From NCBI GenBank assembly GCA_050613775.1, contig JBODTK010000154.1, positions 372,001 to 406,852 of the forward strand: a stretch of 34,852 nucleotides of DNA, read 5' to 3'. Each line of letters begins with the position of its first letter. Position 1 is the first letter of the stretch. The position numbers were made by a program, and so were the translations under genes. The stretch is from Neocallimastix sp. 'constans'. Its lineage: Eukaryota. The notes beneath the pieces are model-generated. The model was not told the origin of the DNA, made no database searches, and was given only the letters and a program-made list of their open reading frames with translations. Of the stretch, positions 23,371 to 34,852 are shown piece after piece.

Positions 23371-25367
23371 TAAATTTATCTATAAAATAATAAATAGAAC
23401 TATTATTAATATATTAATTTTGATTTCTTATTTTTTTTTAAAATTATTATTATATAAAACATATACAAATATACAAATATATATTATTTATATATGATAT
23501 TAATAAGATGATAATAATAAATATAATTATCTTTAAAAAGAAGTAACCTATGAATGATTTCAATAATAGTAGTAATACTATTATAATATTAAAAATATAT
23601 ATTATAATGAAAGTATTGTTATAATTCATTCATCATCATTAACTATTATTACAAATTCTCAAATTATAGTATTAATAATAATAGATGTACTATAAAAAAA
23701 GTAATGTTTACTTTTTTTTTTTTTTTGTTTTTAAACAATAATATAACAAATTTCTATTTATAAAGTTTATCACCGTTTGATTTTCAAATCAGGTTTAATT
23801 TATTTCTCAATATAAAATTGAATGTACTATGAATAAGGAGAAAAAACTATTGGTTAAACCTAGTATATATAAACCTTATTTATTAGAAATCCATAAGATC
23901 ATTTACACTGGTGAAATCAAATTAAATTTATATATTAATATAAAAGTTTAATCTATATACAAGTCAATACAAATTTATATATATATATATATACATATAT
24001 TTAATTTAAGAAAGTACTTTTATTATATTTATTTTAATATATTAAATAATTAATGTATACATATATATATATTTATATATACATATATATACATATATAT
24101 ATTTATATATGTACATCATTAATTTAATATTAACTATCAATAAATATTAAAAAATCTAAAAATTAAATTATTAAAATATAATTTAAATTTAATTTAAACA
24201 TAATTTTATATTATTTTTTTATTTGTTTAACGTTTTTTAACACAAAGAAAAGAAATAAATATTAAATATTAAATAATTATAAAATAAAATTACAATTAAT
24301 ACTAAATCAATTTTAATTAAATGAACTTTTTTTTTTTTTTTAATAATAAATATAAATATAAGATTATCAATATTCTAACCAAAATTTCTAATTATATAAA
24401 AAATAATATAATAAATTTAATTTTGTATGACATGATTTTGTATCTAATGACTGACTAATTTTAAGTATAAAAAACAGTTAAATTTAAAGTCATTATTTGA
24501 TGTAAATTTCATATCCCCTATATGTATAGATAACTTATAATCTTTTTTTTTTTTTTAATAATATATAGAATATTCCTTATATATAAAAAGATGATTTATA
24601 TATATCTATTCTAATATATAATCAATTAAAAAGTTTTTTTTTCTATTTTAAACAATGGTTAGTATGTTTTATAGTTTTACTTTAATCAAATAAAAATAAC
24701 CTATCAATTATATAAAAAAAGTAATAAGAAGAAAAAAAAAAAAAAAAGAAAAACTAATAATAAATAATGAAATAAAATAGAATAGATAGTAATTATTTTA
24801 AAACATATTTTAAATAACAAGAAATAATATATTACAATAAATATTATTATTATATTAGTAATATAAAAAAATAACCGTTATATTTAAATTTATTTTTTAA
24901 TTTTACTTTTCTGATTCATTAAAAAGATTAAATTGTCTCATTTTATATTAAATAAAAATAATAAACTTGCTGTCAATTTGAGAAAAAAAAAATAAAAACT
25001 TTGTTCTATCCATTTCATTATTAAATAAACTTTTTTGTTTTTTTTACTTTCTTTACCAATAATATTATTAATTAAAGTAAAAAAAAATAAAATAAAAAAT
25101 AAAAATTAAAAAATTAAATTATTTAAAAATTAAAATAAAAATTAAAATAAAAATAAAAATAAATTTTAAAAAAAAAAGAAAAATTTACATTTTAATTAAT
25201 CAAATCATTTTTTGAGTATTACAGCAAAAAAATTTTTTTTTTTTTAATTTATTACAATGCTTTTAATAGTTTAATAAAATATTTCTTTATATGGAAAAAA
25301 TAAGTTTTGGTCTAACCAACCTTAAAAACAATGAAAAAAAAAGAAAGTTAAAGGAAAATATACTAAA

Positions 25368-25392
25368 TTTATTTATTTATTTAGTTATTTAG

Positions 25393-25459
<67 letters not shown>

Positions 25460-25518
25460 GTTATTTATTTATTTAGTTAGTTAGTTAGTTATTTATTTAT
25501 TTAGTTATTTAGTTATTT
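25368..25518. repeat. (TATT)n/(TAGT)n compound microsatellite
   Basis: Direct reading. Confidence 0.9.
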
Positions 25519-26199
25519 TGAATAATTAAAAAACAGATATTATATAGTTTTTATTATTTATTCTATATATTAAAAAAAATAAATTAATATATGAAAATTA
25601 AATATATAAACATAAATAATCATTATAGCTATTAATCATTAAATTAAAAATTATTTTGAATAAATTAATAGATATATAATTAATAAATAAATAAATAGAG
25701 ATAGAAATAAGTAAATATAAATATACAAATATATAGATATTAATAAATAAATAATAAAAAAAAAGTTTTAAGAATGGTTATACAAGTTATCATTTGATTA
25801 AAATTTTAAACCGTAAATTTAACTATTAATATAAATAAAACATTGACAATAAAATAAATAAAAAAAAAAATATTAACAAATATAAATATTATATAATTGA
25901 TTTTGTTTTTTTTATATATTTATTTATTTTCATTTTATTTATATAAAATTATTTAATAATTTAAATTATTAAAAAAAACACCTTCCTTTAATATATATAT
26001 AATTTTTTTATTATTTATTTTTAATAACAAATACGAATTTTAATCTAAAAGTATTTCTTTGGTTTAATAGACTTACCTCATCTCTTAATAGAAAATTATT
26101 GCCTATGTTATGAACGACTTCAATATAGGAATATGAATAATAACAAAATATTTATTATTTTATTAGTATTAATATTAGTATTTATTATAGTATCATTTC

Positions 26200-26231
<32 letters not shown>

Positions 26232-27188
26232 AAATGTTATAAAAAATAAATTTTTACAAAATGGATTATTTAACTAATTATGGTAATATTTATTTAGATA
26301 TATGAATCTAAATTCTTAGTTAATTGTTCCTTTGATATGATAAAAAAAAATGTTCAAATTTTTAATTGTTATGTAAATTAATAATAAATAGTAAAATATA
26401 TATATATTATATATATATAATTTATTAGTCATATACTATATAAATCAAAGATTTAAAATATATTTTTTTTAAAATACTAAATAAAACCATATGTAATTAA
26501 TAATTAATAAATATCACATTTCTCTTATTTTATTTGACTGGAATACTTTTTTTTTTTTATTTTTTTGTTATCATAATATAAAATTGGACAGTTATTAAGA
26601 GTATTAATTATTTTAATTATCTATTAAGACATATTTTCATATTAATATTGTCAAAGAAATAATGAGTAAAAAAATAAATAAAAAAAAGTTAATACATAAA
26701 AGTATATTTGCTTTTTATATGAAAAAACTTAAATTATGATATATATTTAAATTATACATATTTTGAAACATAACTATTTTTTATTACTTTTTTCTATTAA
26801 AAATTATATTAAAAAAAAAGTTTTACAAATTTTAAATTTTATAATTTTATTATATAAATATTGCTTTTATCACCAATTTAATTTTTATTATGAGAAATCA
26901 ATTATTATTATTGAAATAATATAAAATTTTTTATTTATTATTAAATTTTATCTATAAGAATTTTATCTATAAGAACTCAATTCATAAAATATTCTCTTTT
27001 TCACACAAAATCTACTAAAGATGTATTTCTCATTTATGTTCATATATATTGGTAGTTCTAATTGGTTTAATTAGTGTATAGCTTCCCTAGCTAATTAAGA
27101 AGGTGCCTATGACTCTCATGTCGACTATGCGCAACATACTTTATAGCTTTAACTCCTTTATGCAATAATATGTTAACCCCTTTTTTTA

Positions 27189-27220
<32 letters not shown>

Positions 27221-27759
27221 CTATTGTTAATATTTTTAGCATTATATAATACGTTATTATAAATAAAATAAAATTCTATTAAACATCTTTATATATATGT
27301 ACCTTAATTTATAATTATACACAATTATTGCTTATCTAAAATATGTATAATTATTATTTTATTCCTTTTAATATTTAAAGATTATTATTGATATAAATAT
27401 TATATAAGATATTATATATTTTAAACAATTGAAAATAGATTTTCTAAAAAAAAAAAAAAAATCAATGAAATGTATTTAAATTTAAAATCAAATAAATTAT
27501 ATAAAAAAAAATTATTACATAATTAAACAATAAAAAATTTAATTATCATATTATTTTATATTTTACATTTCTATATTTTTTTCTATATCTTAACCCTCAT
27601 CCTTTTTTAAGCAGAGCTAGTGTTGTTTCCCAATCATAGACAATCTTTCTAATTCTTACTGAACCATCCTGAATGATAAACATATTTTTATGGTGCTGAC
27701 ATTCCGTGCTATTTTTATATTTAATATAATTTTCATTTTAAATTGTTTATGCTTTCATA

Positions 27760-28615
27760 TTTTATATTTTATACATTTATATTTTATATTTTATATTTTA
27801 TATTTTATATTTTATATTTTATATTTTATATTTTATATTTTATATTTTATATTTTATATTTTATATTTTATATTTTATATTTTATATTTTATATTTTATA
27901 TTTTATATTTTATATTTAATAATTTATTATTTATTATTTATTATTTATTTATTTATTTATTATTTATTTATTTATTTATTTATTATTTATTAGTTATTAG
28001 TTATTTATTAGTTATATATTATTTATTAGTTATTTATTAGTTATTATTTATTAATCAATATTTATTATTTATTATTTATTATTTATTATTTATTATTTAT
28101 TATTTATTATTTATTATTTATTATTTATTATTTATTATTTATTATTTATTATTTATTAATCAATATTTATTATTTATTATTTATTATTTATTATTTATTA
28201 TTTATTATTTATTATTTATTAATCAATATTTATTATTTATTATTTATTTATTTATTTATTATTTATTATTTATTATTTATTATTTATTATTTATTATTTA
28301 TTATTTATTATTTATTATTTATTATTTATTATTTATTATTTATTATTTATTATTTATTATTTATTAATCAATATTTATTATTTATTATTTATTTATTTAT
28401 TTATTATTTATTATTTATTTATTTAGTTAGTTAGTTAGTTATTTATTATTTATTTATTTATTTATTATTTATTAGTTATATATTAGTTATTTATTAGTTA
28501 TTTATTAGTTATTATTTATTAATCAATATTTATTATTTATTATTTATTATTTATTATTTATTATTTATTATTTATTATTTATTAATCAATATTTATTATT
28601 TATTATTTATTATTT
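27760..28615. repeat. Heptamer satellite: (ATTTTAT)n grading into (TATTTAT)n punctuated by TAATCAATA and TAGT variants
   Basis: Direct reading; it produces the spurious FYILYFI ORF. Confidence 0.9.
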
Positions 28616-28862
28616 ATTCAACTACTTTTTATGTATTTATCAAAAAATTTCAAAATTCAATATTATTATTTATTATTTATTCAACTACTTTTTATGTATT
28701 TATCAAAAAATTTCAAAATTCAATATTATTATTTATTATTTATTCAACTACTTTTTATGTATTTATCAAAAAATTTCAAAATTCAATATTATTATTTATT
28801 ATTTATTCAACTACTTTTTATGTATTTATCAAAAAATTCCAAAATTCAATATTATTATTTAT
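28600..28862. repeat. 63-bp minisatellite x~4
   Basis: Unit TATTATTATTTATTATTTATTCAACTACTTTTTATGTATTTATCAAAAAATTTCAAAATTCAA, near-perfect copies. Confidence 0.93.
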
Positions 28863-29404
28863 AATTATTATTATTATTATATAAATATTATTATATATAC
28901 TATTTATATTTATATGTTTTATTCAATGATTTCTAATTTCTTTTTAGTTTGCATATATTTTAATGATATTATTAAAATTTAATTAATATCACTAAAAACA
29001 TTTAATTATATTTAACTATATTTCATACAATGAAATGAAATTATGTATACTTTATTTTATTTTCTCAATTTTTAAATTTTAACTACTAATGAAAAGTAAT
29101 ATTTAACAAAAACAGCATATACAATTAAAAAATATTTTTTAAATAGTTTTATTTTTATTTTTTTAATATTATTTATTTTATATAAAACATTAATATATTT
29201 AAACACAGTTTAAAAAAAAAAAAAAAAAATTATTGATATTTCTAAATGTTAATTTTATTAAATTAATAATAAATACATATTAATAAATAATTAAATAAAT
29301 AATGTTCATGATTAAATAAAAATAAATTAATAATAATATTGATGTAACTACAATATTTTGATATAATAATTTTCTTTTTTTTTTTTTTTTTTTCTTTTAT
29401 AATA

Positions 29405-29705
29405 TATTGTTAGTACTGATATGCATAAATATAAATATTTATATTTATATGTACAATTTTTTTTTTTTTTTTTGTATTTATTAATTTTCAAATCATGGTA
29501 TATTTATCAATAATATACTATGGGTTTATTTTAATATTTATTTCTTTTTATAAAATATTATTAGTACTGACATTCATATATATAAATATATATTTATATT
29601 TATATATATAGTTATTAGTACTGACATTCATATATATAAATATATATATTTATATATATAGTTTTTTTTTTTTTTCAAACCATAGTATATTTATCAAAAA
29701 TATAC
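29405..29705. repeat. Degenerate local tandem duplications
   Basis: TTAGTACTGAyATkCATA occurs three times and TCAAAyCATrGTATATTTATCAA twice. Confidence 0.75.
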
Positions 29706-29917
29706 TTTTTGGTTTACTTATTATATTTTAAAAAAAAAATTATAAAACATATTTATCAACTACTTATTTAATTATTGTTTTTAAATTTAAATATTAAAAT
29801 GGATATATTAAATTAGTTCAAATATTTACAAAAGAGATATAAATATTTTTTTTTAACTTTTTTTTAATTGTATTATAAATATATATATATAAATTTCTAT
29901 CATTTCGTTTCCTATAA

Positions 29918-30702
29918 TCAATAATTAGATTTTAAAAATTTTGTATATTCTTTTCCATAATTATAGTTGACTGCAGTACTATTAGTAAAATCTGGATAAT
30001 ATTTACCATCTGCTCTGTAACGAATTTTTAAATTACGTTTAAAACCTCTACAATTTAATGAAGCTATTATTTTGTAAATAATTATAATAAAAAAAAAAAG
30101 TTTTAATATTAGTTAATATTCAAACAATTTATGTTTTAATAAATAAATAAATAAATAAATTAAACTATTATTAATTATAAATTTAATACATACGAAAGTT
30201 TGTTTGTTCTAATTCAAGTACAGAAGATTTTAACTTCTTAGCAAGAGTTTTACAGGTGTATGTTTCTGGATTGTAATCTTTTGGAATTCTATATTCACTG
30301 TAATTAAAACGTTCCTTTCCCTTCTTACTTTCACTATCAATATCTAAACATATTTTAGAACCACTCTTTAAATCATCACAATCAATATCTAATAATAATA
30401 AATTTTATAAATAATTATTAATTATTCACATTAGTATTCATTATTAAAAGTTAAAAAAATATTTATATATTATTACATAAAATTATATATACACATATTA
30501 AATAAATATATTTATATTTACTTGGATTAAGATGATAGATTTCACTAAACTTTATTCTGTAATCTGGATTTGGAGCACCATTGTAAAAACGGCATCTATC
30601 ACCATGTTTAATAACTATATGTCTTTTACATATATAACCTAAAGCATTAACCTTAATTAAAGCTAATAATCCTATGATAACAGCAAAGAAAAAGACCTTC
30701 AT
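29918..30702 (-). CDS. Secreted LysM-domain protein, complement(join(29918..30063,30194..30388,30522..30702)), 173 aa
   Basis: Two GT-AG introns give a 522-nt open frame: MKVFFFAVIIGLLALIKVNA LGYICKRHIVIKHGDRCRFYNGAPNPDYRIKFSEIYHLNPNIDCDDLKSGSKICLDIDSESKKGKERFNYSEYRIPKDYNPETYTCKTLAKKLKSSVLELEQTNFPSLNCRGFKRNLKIRYRADGKYYPDFTNSTAVNYNYGKEYTKFLKSNY*. The first domain fits the fungal Cys-containing LysM pattern (C...GDxC...LNPxxDCxxLxxGxxIC); the second is degenerate. Confidence 0.85.
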
Positions 30703-32904
30703 TTTTTTTTTTTTTATTTCAATTTATTTAAAATTTATCTTATATTTGGTTTGCAGTTTCCTATTTTGTTTTCTCTTTCTTTTTTTTTTTTTTTTTTTTA
30801 AATTTTTTCCAATAATATTCTCAATAAAAATTTTCCTTTTAAATAATATACGTTTATATTTTTTTAAACAAAAATATTGATGATGTAATTTCATAAAAAA
30901 AAAAGAAAATTATTTTCTTTTATATATAGATTTTTTTTTTTTAAATAAATAAAATAAAATAAAAAAAACAATGCTTTATTTTAATTAAATTTAATCTATT
31001 TAAAATTGAGAAATATAACTTTAAATAATAATAATGGAAAAAAAAAAATTCAATATAAATTAATTAATATTACTTATATTTCTTTTTTTTTATTTTATTT
31101 TTTATTTTTAATTGTTCTTGTATCTCAAATCATAGTTACACCGCTAATAATTTTTTTTTTTAATAATAAATTATTTCAAAAGTTTAATTATTATTATTAT
31201 TAACTTTTGTAACACCAAATAAATCACATATTTAATATATTTATTGTCAATAAAAAATTTTTTTTTTTTATTATAACTATATATTATTTTATTTTTATTA
31301 TTATTAGTTTTATTATTATTATTACATTATTATTACTATTATTATTATTATAATTATAGAGTTACACCGCTTATAAACTTTTACTTAATGGTTAATATTT
31401 AAAAAGTTTAATTCGCTATTATTTAATCTTGTAATATGCTAAAAATAAACTTAAAATTGATTTGTTTTAAGATAATTAAATTGTATTCTTTAAAATATTA
31501 ATTTATATTAAATCATAAATGATTTTTACCTTTGATTTTATTTATTTTTAATTAAATTTTTTACTTTATCTTATTAATAAAATAAAAAGATGGTAAATGA
31601 TAAAACGAGGAAAAAAAAAATAGTTATAAATTAATATATATTTTTCTGCATTTTAATTTTCCAAATTGAATAAATCTAATAAAAAAAAAATAATATTTTA
31701 CATAATATTATAGAATTAATGAAAATATATTATTACAAATATTATAATAAATGAGATTAATTCTTTTTTCTTCGTCTTTTTTTTTTATTATAAAAAATAT
31801 ATATAATATAATCCATATAGTAAAAAAATAATCATAAAATTTTTAAAAGATATTAATTAATAGTAATTCAAAAGAATAATAATAATATAAAATATATAAT
31901 ATATATATAAATATTTTTGTGATTTGAATAAATTAAAAATTTAATTTATTTCAAGTATTGTTATGTTTTACTAAATTTAAAAGGAAATAACTATTATACA
32001 TAATTGTTTTAATTTAAATAAATTAATTATTATTATATGCTAACAATGGAATAAATTAATACTAATAATAAATTAATTATAATAAAATAAAAAAAAAAAA
32101 AAAGATATATCAATAGATAAATAGAGATAATATAGAAATTACAAATAATAATAGTAATCTTTAATATTTCATATTAATAATTTTATAAATAATTAACGAA
32201 ATTTTAGTTTATCTAATTTAATAAATTATCCAACACATTCTCAAACATTTAATTTAACAAATAAATTTTTATTTTTTTTTTTATATACTCAAAGAGTAGG
32301 GAATAATTAAAAAAAAAATAATAAACCGTTTTTTTTTTTTTTTTTTTTTTTTGCTTTTAACAAATGGAATAATAAACCAAAATTTTTTATTATTAATATT
32401 TTTTATACTAACTTAAAATTATGGAAATAAGATATATATAAGAATATAGAAATAACTTAACATTTAATATTAAATTTTTTTAAAGGAAATATATATATGA
32501 AAATAACTTTTAATGTAATATTAAGAAATAATTTTTTTAAAATATGCTTATAAAAATAATTTTTTTGCATTAAGGTTATTTTTTTTAAAATATATATATA
32601 TATATATATATTAAAAAAATAACTTTAACATAATATTATAAAAAAAATTTTTTTTAAAATATATATGTCTTATTATTGATGACTATTTTAATGATTTTCT
32701 TTGCATACTTAGAGTACCGTATAATCAATAAGTTATCCTTTTTTTTTACTAAGAACGAATTAAATAATGTGTTTGTTAAATACATAATTAAACATAGATT
32801 ACTTTTTTATATACTTTGATTATTTAATAAGTAACTATGATATTAAATATTAATATTTTTTAAATTAACTTAATATTAAGGGATAAAAAATATATATATA
32901 TATC

Positions 32905-32940
<36 letters not shown>

Positions 32941-33336
32941 CTATATTAATTTTTTTATAATATATAATATATATATAATAACTTTTTAATCAAATTACTA
33001 ATTATTGGAAATTTAAATATTAATCATAAATGGGGGTGAATCCTATTTAAAAATAAAGGATTATTATATATTTTATGTTTTTTTTTTTTTTTTTTTAATT
33101 CATATAAAATAATTAAAATTTATTCTTTTTTTTTTTTTTTTTTTTTTTTTTTTGGTTTTATTAATAATGAATTAAATTATTTGTTGGTTAAATTCATATT
33201 TAAATTTTATTTTAATTACTTTTTCATTTACTTTAAATATTCAGGGAGATGCAAGATAAAAGATATAAATATATAAAATTACTTTGCAATTTTTATTAAA
33301 TTTTTTGTAACAATACATATAGTATTTATTATTATA

Positions 33337-33404
33337 TTTTTCCAATAATATATAACACTATTTTATTAAATTTTTCCAATAATATATAACACTATTTTAT
33401 TAAA
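33337..33404. repeat. Perfect 34-bp tandem duplication
   Basis: TTTTTCCAATAATATATAACACTATTTTATTAAA x2. Confidence 0.9.
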
Positions 33405-33984
33405 TTTTTATTATATTATATATATATCATTTTTTTATTAAATGTTTGTTATATATAACATTTTTTATAACTTTTTATGAAATTATTAATATTGTATTAT
33501 TAATCATAAATACCAGTGAATATTATTTAAAATAATAAATATCACATTTACACTGTTATGCTGCAGTATAATTAAATATATATATATATATAAAAAACTG
33601 TTAAATTATTAATTTTTTTTTTTTTTTATGAACGAATCTTATAATTTGTTCGTAACTTTATAAATAAGATTTTTTCTATATAGATAACATAGGATCAATT
33701 TTTAAATATTTAACTGAGAATAGTGTCAATATTAATAATTTTAACTATCAAAAATTAATTTTGCTAATATAATTATGAATATTTCAAAAGAAATTGTTTT
33801 AATGGTGTAGAATCCAAATCATTATTAGAAATTAAAATACCATTATTATTTTTTTTTTTCTGAAAAGGAAAATGAATTGATGATAAAATATTTAATCGGA
33901 CATAGAATTAATATCAAAAGTATAATATGACCTTTATAACATTCATTATCATAATAATTATTATGATTATTCAGTACTATTTTA

Positions 33985-34852
33985 TTGTATTTTATTTTAT
34001 TTTATTTTATTTTATTCAATCTTTACTTTATATTTATATTTCAATTCTATTTTATTTTATTTTATTTTATTTTATTTTATTTTATTCAATCTGTACTTTA
34101 ATATTTATATTTCAACTATTTATTTTATTTTATTTTATTTTATTCAATCTGTACTTTAATATTTATATTTCAACTATTTATTTTATTTTATTTTATTTTA
34201 TTTTATTTTATTTTATTCAATTGTATTTTATTTTATTTTATTTTATTTCATTTTATTTTATTTTATTTTTATTTTATTTTATTTTATTTTATTTTATTTT
34301 ATTTATTTTATTTTATTTTATTTTATTTTATTTTATTCAATCTGTACTTATATCTATATTTCAACTATTTATTTTATTTTATTTTATTTTATTCAATCTG
34401 TACTTATATCTATATTTCAACTATTTATTTTATTTTATTTTATTTTATTCAATCTGTACTTATATCTATATTTCAACTATTTATTTTATTTTATTTTATT
34501 TTATTTTATTCAATCTGTACTTTAACATTTATATTTCAACTATTTATTTTATTTTATTTTATTTTATTTTATTTTATTTTATTTTATTTTATTTTATTTT
34601 ATTTTATTTTATTTTATTTTATTTTATTTTATTTTATTTTATTTTATTTTATTTTATTCAATCTTTACTTTAATATTTATATTTTATTTTATTTATTTTA
34701 TTTTATTTTATTTTATTTTATTTTATTTTATTTTATTTTATTTTATTTTATTTTATTTTATTTTATTTTATTTTATTTTATTTTATTTTATTTTATTTTA
34801 TTTTATTTTATTTTATTTTATTTTATTTTATTTTATTTTATTTTATTTTATT
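33985..34852. repeat. Minisatellite with TTCAATCTGTACTT...TATATTTCAACTATTTA core in an expanding (ATTTT)n array, running off the window
   Basis: About nine core copies with variable (ATTTT)n spacers, then pure (ATTTT)n from ~34700. Confidence 0.93.

Noticed and set aside
26066..26140. ACTTACCT (U1 5'-end-like, or a perfect minus-strand donor AG|GTAAGT)
   Set aside because: No U1 structure follows, and no acceptor or partner exons could be built.
27595..27740. 46-codon minus-strand ORF (MKIILNIKIARNVSTIKICFIIQDGSVRIRKIVYDWETTLALLKKG)
   Set aside because: Short, no recognisable motif, adjacent to satellite; probably a relic fragment.
32570..32625. Palindrome around a (TA)n tract
   Set aside because: Composed of T-run/(TA)n/A-run, expected by chance at this composition.
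33927..34673. 248-aa FILFY-rich ORF; CRISPR-like spacing of cores
   Set aside because: Translation of an (ATTTT)n satellite; the spacers are simple repeats.

Overview
Very AT-rich (roughly 15-20% GC by eye), gene-sparse eukaryotic DNA with long homopolymer runs and short AT-rich GT-AG introns. It most likely comes from an anaerobic gut fungus (Neocallimastigomycota); this is an inference from composition and CBM18 content. Four protein genes are well supported. (1) A secreted ~886-aa protein with 8 hevein/CBM18 domains and an unexpected EF-hand module: join 6088..6687,6799..8859. (2) An intronless Pr6Pr/FAR-17a/AIG1-like membrane protein with the Thr/His pair: 16568..17251, minus. (3) An intronless RING-CH protein with about two TM segments, a MARCH-like E3 ligase: 21513..22247, minus. 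(4) A 3-exon secreted two-LysM protein that the ORF track mostly misses: 29918..30702, minus. The rest is decayed mobile DNA and repeats: three diverged 3' portions of one non-LTR retrotransposon (LINE) group plus an orphan tail, a Ty1/copia RT fragment, several long inverted repeats, and mini/microsatellites. Three of the LINE-type ends finish in CCTAGTCy-poly(A), and two of them form a similar bulged stem-loop. No rRNA, tRNA or CRISPR array was seen. I found no multi-gene novel system I can firmly support; the best leads are the EF-hand/CBM18 fusion, the LINE 3' RNA element, the LysM gene structure and the candidate horizontally acquired hydrolase.
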